From Octopus bimaculoides (taxonomy: Eukaryota): a DNA stretch of 44,946 bases. The translations under genes and the position numbers were made by a program. Each line of letters starts with the position of its first letter. The stretch's first letter is position 1. Below are positions 13,054-22,485 of this stretch, piece by piece. Location: contig NC_068987.1 in NCBI RefSeq assembly GCF_001194135.2, positions 28,446,853 through 28,491,798 on the forward strand, given 5' to 3'. The notes below the pieces were generated by a model. It was not told the DNA's origin. It did no database searches and was given only the letters and a program-made list of their open reading frames with translations.

Positions 13054-13946
13054 TACAAGGTATGATTAATAAGTATACGGACTGTGGCTATAGTAACGAA
13101 TCTAAAGCACGGTAAGTGAAGTCGCTCAGCAAAAATAGACCTTCAACCCTGCTGTGCAAGCACACTAAAGTTTAACGTTCTGGCTCACTTCTGCTGTTTG
13201 CTGCGGTGCTTGGAAGGGAGGTGTGTAACGTGTGATCGTCGCATTGAATATGACAGAGAAAGCTGTCATGGCGATTCCTGCACAAAGGGCTATGCAAAGT
13301 TGCAGAAAGTGTATGGAGAAGAGTTTATGAGCCCCACCAAGCGTACGAGTTGTTCAGACATTTCTAACATGGCCGAAAAAATGTCAATATTGACGAACGT
13401 TCTGACAGATCCGCAATCAGCTGAACTAAGAAAGAAATCGCAGATGTGCGAACAGCTTTGAGGGGAAAACGTCGAATCACCATCCGTGAGTTATCAGAGT
13501 ATGTGCAGATTAGTTACGGTTCAATTCAGTCCATTTGAAGATTTGAGCATGAGAGTCGTGTCTGCCAAGTTTGTGCCAAAACTGCTTTCAGCTGACCAAA
13601 AAGGCAGTTGGGCTTCAGTTGACAAGATCTCCTTGATTGTGTCGAGAACGATGAAAACTTAATAAAAACTTTGCGTAGGCCTCTGAGCTGAAATCGCCAA
13701 GCTTTTGGCAAAAATTGATGCATATTCTCAGTTCAAATTTCTTTGTCATGTTCAATGCAAACGATCACACGCTACACACCTTCCTTCCAGGCACCACTGT
13801 TAGCAGCGGAAGTGACCTAGGGCGTTAAAACTTAGTGCACATGCACTGCAGAGTTCAAGGTCAATCTGTACCGAGCGGCTTCAATCTCCATGCTTTAGCT
13901 TCGTTACTATGGAAACAATCCCAATACTTATTGATTAGACCACGTA
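13054..13946 (+). mobile_element. Mariner derivative with ~250-280 bp inverted arms; spacer encodes only the N-terminal DNA-binding part of the transposase
   Basis: Arms 13054-~13301 and ~13667-13946 are reverse complements (tatacaaggtatgattaataagta / tacttattgattagaccacgtata), with TA at both ends. The spacer translates with frameshifts to YAKLQKVYGEEFMS..AYELFRHF..GRKNVNIDERS...RRITIRELSEYVQISYGSIQSI..DLSMRVVSAKFVPKLLSADQK...DLLDCVENDENL. The right arm in reverse reads MTKKFELRICINFCQKLGDFSSEAYAK. Confidence 0.85.
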
Positions 13947-14644
13947 TAATTTGGTCGATTACGTGGTATGTATGTGTGTACACGTGCATACATACATATA
14001 TAAAAACATACACACANNNNNNNNNNNNNNNNNNNNNNNNNNNNNNNNNNNNNNNNNNNNNNNNNNNNNNNNNNNNNNNNNNNNNNNNNNNNNNNNNNNN
14101 NNNNNNNNNNNNNNNNNNNNNNNNNNNNNNNNNNNNNNNNNNNNNNNNNNNNNNNNNNNNNNNNNNNNNNNNNNNNNNNNNNNNNNNNNNNNNNNNNNNN
14201 NNNNNNNNNNNNNNNNNNNNNNNNNNNNNNNNNNNNNNNNNNNNNNNNNNNNNNNNNNNNNNNNNNNNNNNNNNNNNNNNNNNNNNNNNNNNNNNNNNNN
14301 NNNNNNNNNNNNNNNNNNNNNNNNNNNNNNNNNNNNNNNNNNNNNNNNNNNNNNNNNNNNNNNNNNNNNNNNNNNNNNNNNNNNNNNNNNNNNNNNNNNN
14401 NNNNNNNNNNNNNNNNNNNNNNNNNNNNNNNNNNNNNNNNNNNNNNNNNNNNNNNNNNNNNNNNNNNNNNNNNNNNNNNNNNNNNNNNNNNNNNNNNNNN
14501 NNNNNNNNNNNNNNNNNNNNNNNNNNNNNNNNNNNNNNNNNNNNNNNNNNNNNNNNNNNNNNNNNNNNNNNNNNNNNNNNNNNNNNNNNNNNNNNNNNNN
14601 NNNNNNNNNNNNNNNNNNNATATATATATATATATATATATAAC

Positions 14645-14945
14645 CCAATATTTTAATAGTTTGGAATTCAAGGGACCACAACATGTTAATGCCCTACCAC
14701 AGGACATCAGGGATCTGTGTGGTTTAGACATGGAAGTCTTCAAAAAGTGTCTAACAAGGTTTTTTTTTTTTAAATCTGTAATACCGGATGAACTCACATT
14801 GCTGCAGGAAGCCCAAGGAAGACCGGCAACGTTCAACTCGCTACTTCACCAGAAGCAATACTGGAAAAATACTCGGCTGCAGTGAAGGCAGTGCACAAGG
14901 ATGGCCTCTGCCTCAAGCTGAAACCCATAAAAGATAAAAGATAAA
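14645..14945 (+). mobile_element. CR1-group LINE extreme 3' end, related to but distinct from 6001-6640
   Basis: YFNSLEFKGPQHVNALPQDIRDLCGLDMEVFKKCLTRF..IPDE...RPATFNSLLHQ aligns to YCNSLDIKGTQVFNIFARDLRDLHGVDVGIFKTKLDLLLSSVPD; ends in gctgaaacccataaaagataaaagataaa. Confidence 0.75.
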
Positions 14946-14958
14946 TATATATACATAA

Positions 14959-15103
14959 ATCAGTTGAATAAAGTACATATATACTGATGAAGGTTCGTTT
15001 TTTATGTTACTTGTCTTGTTTTCCATTAGTTTCTCTCGTTGTATGCTTACCCAACGTTATTTTTGTATTTCATGTTGTTTAAACTTCGTGACGTCCTGTA
15101 CCC
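14959..15103 (+). repeat. PLE-associated short repeat with CTGATGAAGG and ACGTCCTGTACCC motifs
   Basis: Shares atcagttgaataaagt and gtcttgttttc with 12365-12400. Shares CTGATGAAGG (14984) and acgtcctgtaccc (15091-15103) with 33158-33273. Followed by TA-rich repeats. Confidence 0.55.
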
Positions 15104-15890
15104 ATATATTCATACCTATATACATACATATGTACGTATGTACATATGTGTGATTTTATATGCATATAAATATTTATATAAATATATATATATATATATA
15201 TATANNNNNNNNNNNNNNNNNNNNNNNNNNNNNNNNNNNNNNNNNNNNNNNNNNNNNNNNNNNNNNNNNNNNNNNNNNNNNNNNNNNNNNNNNNNNNNNN
15301 NNNNNNNNNNNNNNNNNNNNNNNNNNNNNNNNNNNNNNNNNNNNNNNNNNNNNTATATTTTCATAGACACACACACACACATATAATGTACGTATATACA
15401 TATATAAGAAAGCATATAAATTAGAAGGATGTCCAGGTATCAGTGCATTGCGGCCGTTTCATGCGGTTCCACTACGTCAAACTGAAATAATTATAATTTT
15501 TTAGCAAATTTTTCATCAGTACTAGAGACTAAAATAATTACATTGCTTCTCTTTGTTATTTTTGTGCAAGGAATGAATTTAGGTAAAAATTCTTAAAACC
15601 TATTATAATTTAGAATTGCAGAAGATAATCGGGGACAAGAAAGAGGAATGGTGATATTGTTACATTCATCTTTATCCTTATCACATTCAAAAGATTAAGT
15701 GCAGCATGTAGTCTACATCCCCTTAGAATTAAATCCATTGGGAATTGACAGTTAAGTTCTTGTTGGTGGTGATAAATTAATTGATGTCAATTACTCTCCC
15801 CTACCTTTAGTTTATTGGCACCATAAAACTAGCCATATCTACATAAAGGAATATGTCTCAGATGATGCTAGTAAGATAGTGATATGTATA

Positions 15891-15923
<33 letters not shown>

Positions 15924-15954
15924 ANNNNNNNNNNNNNNNNNNNNNNNNNNNNNN

Positions 15955-16060
15955 AGAAGAAGAAGAAGAAGAAGAAGAAGAAGAAGAAGAAGAAGAAGAA
16001 GAAGAAGAAGAAGAAGAAGAAGAAGAAGAAGAAGAAGAAGAAGAAGAAGAAGAAGAAGAA
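15955..16060 (+). repeat. Pure (GAA)n trinucleotide array, ~35 units visible, 5' side in a gap
   Basis: Seen directly; source of the poly-E/K/R/L ORFs. Confidence 0.97.
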
Positions 16061-16613
16061 ATGGTAACCAGAAAGATGAAGGACTGGGATTATTTAAAAT
16101 ATTGTGATTATCTAATAAAAGGTGCCTAAAATGGAAAGCAAAAGAGGTCACAAAAATGATCTAAGTGTGGGAATTAAAAGTACGGCGGAAATATGCATCT
16201 GAACTTTGGAAAGTCTATAAATTAAAATAATAAAATTTAGAAAAGGATTCAAGAAAAAAGTAAGAAAAGGAGGATAGATAAAACAGCCTAAACAATAAAT
16301 GTGGGGTACTTTTATATATAAGAGAAACCCCATACGGTTTCTTTCTAGCATGATGGTAAGGTGGTCTTACTAAAAGAATTCAACAATAAGCCTATAATTG
16401 AATTCTGATTCCATCCAAATAGGGAGACACATTTTCTAGTGAATCAAAACCAAAGGTTAAACGCTACAAAAATAAGATATATATTTCTATATCGGGCAAA
16501 CCCTAGAGTATATCAGAAGGTATACAAAAAGGTATAAAAAGAAGGTATAACAGATACCACACACACACACACACATATATATACAAATAAAAATATCATA
16601 CATATATATTATG

Positions 16614-16951
16614 CTGAGACCCCCTTTGGTCATCACTGACCATGGGATTGCACCTAGAAAGTTACCCCCTCAAGCACTAGTCCGGTCAAGTTTGTGTTTG
16701 TGTGTGGAAGGCTAGCAGTCGCCCATGCATACCGGCCTCCCCACTCCACGTCACCAGTGTTATCCAAGGGAAAAGAAAAGGAGCCGATACAGCTTGGCAC
16801 CTGTGACTTTGCAACTCATTTCTACAGCTGAGTGAACTGGAGCAACATGAAATAAATGTCTTGCTCAAGAACACATCACAGTCCGGTTCGGAAAGCGAAC
16901 TCACAACCTCATGATCGTAAGCTCGACGCTCTAATCACTGAGCCATGCGCC
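16614..16951 (-). mobile_element. tRNA-derived SINE, near complete
   Basis: Minus strand: GGCGCATGGCTCAGTGATTAG (A-box) ... GAGTTCGCTTTCC (B-box), core TTGAGCAAGACATTTATTTCATGTTGCTCCAGTTCACTCAGCTG, tail ending GGGGGTAACTTTCTAGGTGCAATCCCATGGTCAGTGATGACCAAAGGGGGTCTC. Confidence 0.8.
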
Positions 16952-18352
16952 TTTTNNNNNNNNNNNNNNNNNNNNNNNNNNNNNNNNNNNNNNNNNNNNN
17001 NNNNNNNNNNNNNNNNNNNNNNNNNNNNNNNNNNNNNNNNNNNNNNNNNNNNNNNNNNNNNNNNNNNNNNNNNNNNNNNNNNNNNNNNNNNNNNNNNNNN
17101 NNNNNNNNNNNNNNNNNNNNNNNNNNNNNNNNNNNNNNNNNNNNNNNNNNNNNNNNNNNNNNNNNNNNNNNNNNNNNNNNNNNNNNNNNNNNNNNNNNNN
17201 NNNNNNNNNNNNNNNNNNNNNNNNNNNNNNNNNNNNNNNNNNNNNNNNNNNNNNNNNNNNNNNNNNNNNNNNNNNNNNNNNNNNNNNNNNNNNNNNNNNN
17301 NNNNNNNNNNNNNNNNNNNNNNNNNNNNNNNNNNNNNNNNNNNNNNNNNNNNNNNNNNNNNNNNNNNNNNNNNNNNNNNNNNNNNNNNNNNATATATGGG
17401 TTATATAGATACATAAAATACAATACTATAATATAAGATAGAAGAATAAATAAAACAAAATAAAAGTAAATGAAGGGTAAATTTTTTTTTTAATAAAATT
17501 CCAATAAATAATTTGGAAAATTAAAAAAATATAAATAAACACGAGTGAGAAAAATAAAAGGTAATATATGTGTGTGTATATTAAATATATATGTGTGTGT
17601 GCGCGTGTGTGTGTGTGTGTGTGCGTGCGTGCGTGTGTTTGTGTGTGTGTGTGTGTGTGTCTGTGTGTGTGTGTGAAATTGTTGTTGAATGTTGCTACTA
17701 GTTGAACCACAAGCAGATTCTCCGCCAGTTAGTTATCGGTGTAACACTCTGCACCCTTTATATACAATATATTATTAGCAGGGTGAGCGAACGCATACTA
17801 CCCTATAGCAGCTAACACACACACACACATAAAAACTGTCCAAAATAAAACATATCGATATATTAATAATACATATGAGGATATAAAAATATATGAATAT
17901 TAAATATATATATGGACATATAAACATATGAATATATAAACAGTAATAATATATTGAAGTATAGGAGTAGAGATAAAAAAAATATGTTCTTAAAAATAGG
18001 AATTGAAAACCTAGTGCAGAGAAAATAATAGGCATCAAATGTTTGGTGTTACATATGAAAGGAAAGTACTCCTACAGCGGTTTGGGGGTTTATTCGTCTG
18101 AGTAAAAACGGTATCTTAAAATTCATTTTTAGAGATGTCTCCTTCATCAGGGAAAAAGCGATATTTTCGGTAGAAATTAATGTAGTTCGTTGCCAAGGTG
18201 TGAAGTAATTGGAAGCTTTTATAGAAGAACAGATATAGCTATGCAAATAAAGGAATTCTTTATGAGGGCTGATGGGAGTAAAAATTACATTACTTACTGT
18301 CTTTATTAAATCATATGTATATTGGCAATATGCTGTTATAGTCAATAGGATG

Positions 18353-18831
18353 TTAAGTTGTGCGACGTGAATTACTAAGGATGTTGCTGATTACATTCGG
18401 ATTAAAGGGTTTCATGAATGTTGAGTTGCATTTGTGGTTACACGAATGAATAGCGTCGGAAAACTTATTTAATAGGGTAGAATTATACAGGTGAAGGATA
18501 GTGTATGATTCTGTTATGCACACTCTACATCTGCCCATAATCGTATGTGTAATTGGTGTTGAGGTTTTGTATTTTAGCTTGCTGAAAGAATTTAAATGGG
18601 TTCTATATCGTTTCTTAAAATCTATGGTGCTTCCTATGTACACACTTATTTCATATTTGTCATTAGCCACGTTACATTTATAAAAATTACGTTTTTTTCG
18701 TAAACAAAATCTAACGAGCGGACATAATTCTGACACCTTACAATTACAAGTTTTTGCATTTCTATATTCAATTTTCCTGGGATTTATTAAAGTTGAGTCG
18801 GGTTGGCCTATGTTTAGTTGGGAAAGATTAC

Positions 18832-18835
<4 letters not shown>
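18353..18835 (-). mobile_element. Penelope-like element GIY-YIG endonuclease C-terminal remnant
   Basis: In the ORF track (18353..18970): TCNCKVSELCPLVRFCL...FYKCNV...VYIGSTIDFKKRYRTHLNSF..KYKTST...CRVCITESYTIL...LLNKFSDAIHSCNHK. This matches the PLE CNC-CPL-CL, Y.IG.T, FK.R..H..SF and C..C...LN...C.H motifs. The first 45 aa of the listed ORF come from upstream non-PLE sequence, mostly microsatellite. Confidence 0.8.
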
Positions 18836-18876
<41 letters not shown>

Positions 18877-19073
18877 GATAGATAGATAGATAGATAGATA
18901 TGCATTTATATATATATACGCATACACACACATAAATGTCACTAGATGTGCGTAGGGTGTTAGGAACCACCTACATCGCTATACATAAGAGCTAAACCGC
19001 TTTATTTTGTAGTTAATGCACATGAATGGAAACATATACACTACAGGGACCATAATCGTCCAAAAAGTGCCGA

Positions 19074-19142
19074 TCAAGAATCCTTCATACTAACACGTAA
19101 GTTTCGGCAATTTCCAGTGTCTCATCTGTTAAGACCGTTCGA
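19074..19142 (-). ncRNA. Type I hammerhead ribozyme copy A1 (core CAGAUGA; probably inactive)
   Basis: Minus strand: tcgaa cgg tcttaa CAGATGA gacac tggaaa ttgcc GAAA cttacgtgttag TA tgaagg att cttga. Confidence 0.7.
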
Positions 19143-19418
19143 ATATTCGGCCCTTTCCGAACTCGCTTCGTTCTTAGTATTTATACTTTCGTCATCCAAA
19201 TAATTGGATGATTTAAAGATTCGCCAATGTGTGTATATGAAATTGAGTTAAACAGCAGTTTGCAATGTTTCTCCAAAAAGGAGAATTACAATTGTCACTA
19301 AATGTGACTAGGGCGTTAGGAAACACCTACATTGCTAGAAATAAGAGTTAAACCGCTCTGATGTTATAGTTAACGCACATAAATAAAAACATATACAGTA
19401 ACGACTGGAAAGCGTCAA

Positions 19419-19487
19419 TCGAGTCTTCTTAATACTGACGCTTCAGTTTTGGCCATTTCCGTTGCCTCATCATATAAGACCGCTCGA
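19419..19487 (-). ncRNA. Type I hammerhead ribozyme copy A2 (core AUGAUGA / AAAA; probably inactive)
   Basis: Minus strand: tcgag cgg tcttat ATGATGA ggcaa cggaaa tggcc AAAA ctgaagcgtcag TA ttaaga aga ctcga. Confidence 0.7.
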
Positions 19488-19681
19488 ATGTTCGACGCAT
19501 CAGTATTAAGAAATCTCGATCAGTACTTTTCAGATGATCATTGTCTCTGTTAGTGTATATTTTTTCATTCATGTCTTTTCATTCATTTATATACATATTA
19601 GCTAATCGCAAAATCATCCAATTATTTGGATGAGGAAAACATAAATTCTATGGCAAAGCTAGTCTGGAAAGAGCCGAAGAT

Positions 19682-19750
19682 TCGAGCGTTCTTAACTGAT
19701 AAGGCAATGGAAATTGCTGGAACTGACGCGTCAGTATCAAGAATTATTGG
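19682..19750 (+). ncRNA. Type I hammerhead ribozyme copy B2 (core CUGAUAA / GGAA; probably inactive)
   Basis: Plus strand: tcgag cgt tcttaa CTGATAA ggcaa tggaaa ttgct GGAA ctgacgcgtcag TA tcaaga att attgg. Confidence 0.72.
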
Positions 19751-20044
19751 TCGCCACTTTCGGACGATTATGGTTTCTGTTAGCATATATGTTTTCGTTC
19801 TTGCACGTTAACTACATCATTAGAGCGGTTTAGTTCTTATTTCTAGGAATGTAGGTGTCTCCTAACACTCTAGTCATTTTTAGTGACATTTCTAATTCTC
19901 CGTTTTCGTGAAACATTGCAAACTGAACATATTTGATAAATTTGACAGTTTACTTAAAAGGCAAAGACAAACTATTGCTTTCAAAACAGATGTATTTTGA
20001 AACATCAAAACATATCAACTAGAATCTGGCTGGAAAGAAACAGC

Positions 20045-20880
20045 TTACTCAACGTAGCTGCCTTCATCTTCGAATACGGCCTCAAAATGGCCTGCGCTCC
20101 TGAATGTATCTGGGAAGACCTTCGAACACCTCCTTGATCTTAGTCACCAGCTAGGTCATGGTGTTGCTGGCAAAGTAGTTAGTGTCTTTCTCAACTACGT
20201 GCTACATAGGATTGCAATCAGCGGTATTAGGAGGCCAGAAATAGAGGCTGGTAAAATCGGATAAATTCCCTGACAACCACATCTGACTCATTTCGGAGGT
20301 ATGACAAGGAGCTGAATCTTTCTGTTACATATATGGCCTTCCAGCAGCAACAAACACCAGCCAGAGTTTGACCCCAGTCTCCAACAGCTTCACGTAACCT
20401 CCTGAATTGAGGCTAAGGTCAAGTTCAAAGATGCTGGGCAGTATGATGTCTCCCTCAATGGAGTCATGCCCAAAGACAATTACAGTTTTGAGGAACTTTA
20501 TTTCATGATACGTTGGATATCACATGGATTGCACATCTCGTACGAATGTCAACAAAGGTCCTCATTCAGGTCGGTCCAGTTTCAGAATGACAACTCCAAC
20601 ATCCATCTCTTGACAAAGCGCGGTTTCCCTTGCTCGCATCATCCGTGCAGTTTGTTGGACGAATTACGGCGTACGGACACAGTCAGAATGCCTGCTGCGT
20701 CCCTTTTTCCTGGCTATACGACTACGCGGTCTCTGTTGCAGCTGTCCATCTCACTTTTTACAGCTGTCGCAGTATGCACACAGTATTAAGCAGCCATGAC
20801 ATCGGCATTATGATGCACGACACGAATGAAAATGATACAAATTACTTCTTTCCAATATTAAATAGTTTCAAGTCGTCTAT
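20045..20880 (-). mobile_element. Decayed maT/DD37D-type (Tc1/mariner superfamily) transposase
   Basis: Minus strand: KFLKTVIVFGHDSIEGDIILPSIFELDLSLNSGGYVKLLETGVKLWLVFVAAGRPYM*QKDSAPCHTS..SQMWLS...FWPPNTADCNPM...VEKDTN...EAVFEDEGSYVE*. QQDSAP.H and WPPNSPD.NP.D are maT-type motifs; many stops. Confidence 0.8.
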
Positions 20881-22339
20881 GCCAGCTAACCTTTTCCCAA
20901 CAACACTTTAAATCTTTATGCCCTCCAATGCCGCTGACTGTTTGCCTTTAGCTCAAGCCATTCCTAAATAAACGAGAAATAATGAAACATTGCAAAATTT
21001 AGCCCAAGCACCTTACACATATATGTTAACATGCACATACATAAATACATACATGCATATATACATACATATATACACACGTGTCGTGTGTGCGCGTGTA
21101 TGTGTGCGTCTGAATGTGGGACTGTGAAGGTGTGCATGTGTTTATAATTATATATGTTTATAATTTTATATACATGCACAGTCTACTTATGTCTGTATAC
21201 TGATGTGTGTACAATATAAAAGCGTTTATATTTATGCTTGTATGTATGTCTGTATATATAAACAGACACATACATAAACGTGTACGTGCTAATACTCCTG
21301 ACACACACTCACATAAAAACATCTGTATTTACAGAGAAAGCGATGTATAAGTAAAATCAAGTATGCGTAAATTTGTAAATAATGATCTTTGTTGATATAT
21401 TACCTCATACAATTAAATAAAATGTAAAATTTAAAATATTTAAATATGAAATTATATATATTAAATGGATTTACATCGTTGGCATTGAAAAGCGGAACAG
21501 CAAAATACATCTTATTGCTTATCGAACAGACGGATGTGCTCATTCAATTCCATACACGTCGATATACGTATATCGGTTTAAATTTATAAACAGCATAAAT
21601 ATGTATGTACATCGATACGTATTTACATACATACACATACATGCATTTATCTACATATGTTAGAGCAATGCGTTGTTACAATCTGCTCCGTATATACGTT
21701 CATACATACATACATACATGCATACATACATACATACATACATACATACATACATGTGTATGTTTGTGCGTATGTGGGTGCATTTGTGCGTATGTGGGTG
21801 CATTTGTAAGTGCGCACGCATGTGTGAGTGTGGGGATATACACTTAAATAGAAATGAAAAGGGATTAGAAGTTTATATAGAAAGAGGTTTGAGGGAAATG
21901 TGGCATATATAGAGAAGTGGGTTAAATACAAACATGAGTGAAGCATTTTGTAAAAAAACGTGCAATGTGAAAAGAGATTAAGAGATGCAAATTTAACATG
22001 TATGAACGGGTCAGTCTTATAAGGTTTATGTTTATAGGGCAGAGTATTGCATTCGGGTTGAGGACTGTAGGTAAAGAGACAAAAGTTTATAGGATGAAAG
22101 GCTAAATGGCAGACGCATGATAAACTCTAGAGTTAGTAAAATCATGTATAATGGGTGGTGGTAGTAGTAGTACTATGGTGCTATGTGCTGTAACAGGCGT
22201 CACTGTATACAGCATTTGTTGATGTATACTATCTTTGCACCAATAAGATGATAACTCTTCAACCCATGAGTCTGATTCCATTGTCGTCGCTGTTGAGGCT
22301 TTGCAAGATCGGTGTGCAGCTCCTACCGTAATCTCTTTT

Positions 22340-22485
22340 AGTCGACTTTTACGGACCCAGCACATTACTGGAGGAACGTGAAAGGAGGTGCTTCGCTCAA
22401 GCACAAAGCACGCCACCCGGTCCGAGAATCGAACCTAGATTTGGCGAATATGAGTCCAGTACTCTAACAATTAGTCCATATGCCT
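22340..22485 (-). mobile_element. tRNA-derived SINE 5' part
   Basis: Minus strand: GGCATATGGACTAATTGTTAG (A-box) ... GGTTCGATTCTC (B-box) ... TTGAGCGAAGCACCTCCTTTCACGTTCCTCCAG (diverged core shared with the 16614 and 34205 SINEs). Confidence 0.6.

Larger units (their letters stand above)
18934..19925. mobile_element. ORF-less ~350-nt hammerhead-ribozyme repeat: tandem pair on minus joined head-to-head to a partial tandem pair on plus (retrozyme or PLE pseudo-LTR-like)
   Basis: Units A1 18934-~19246 (-), A2 ~19256-19494 (-), B1 19494-~19575 (+, partial), B2 ~19578-19925 (+). The A1/A2 offset is 345-356 bp. The reverse complement of B2 aligns along A1/A2 (cagtttgcaatgtttc...aaaccgct...gttaac...tcatccaaataattggatga). 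Confidence 0.85.

Noticed and set aside
13939-13967. Small hairpin accacgta...tacgtggt at the right end of the mariner derivative
   Set aside because: Only 8 bp and merges into a TATG repeat; may be chance or a local duplication.
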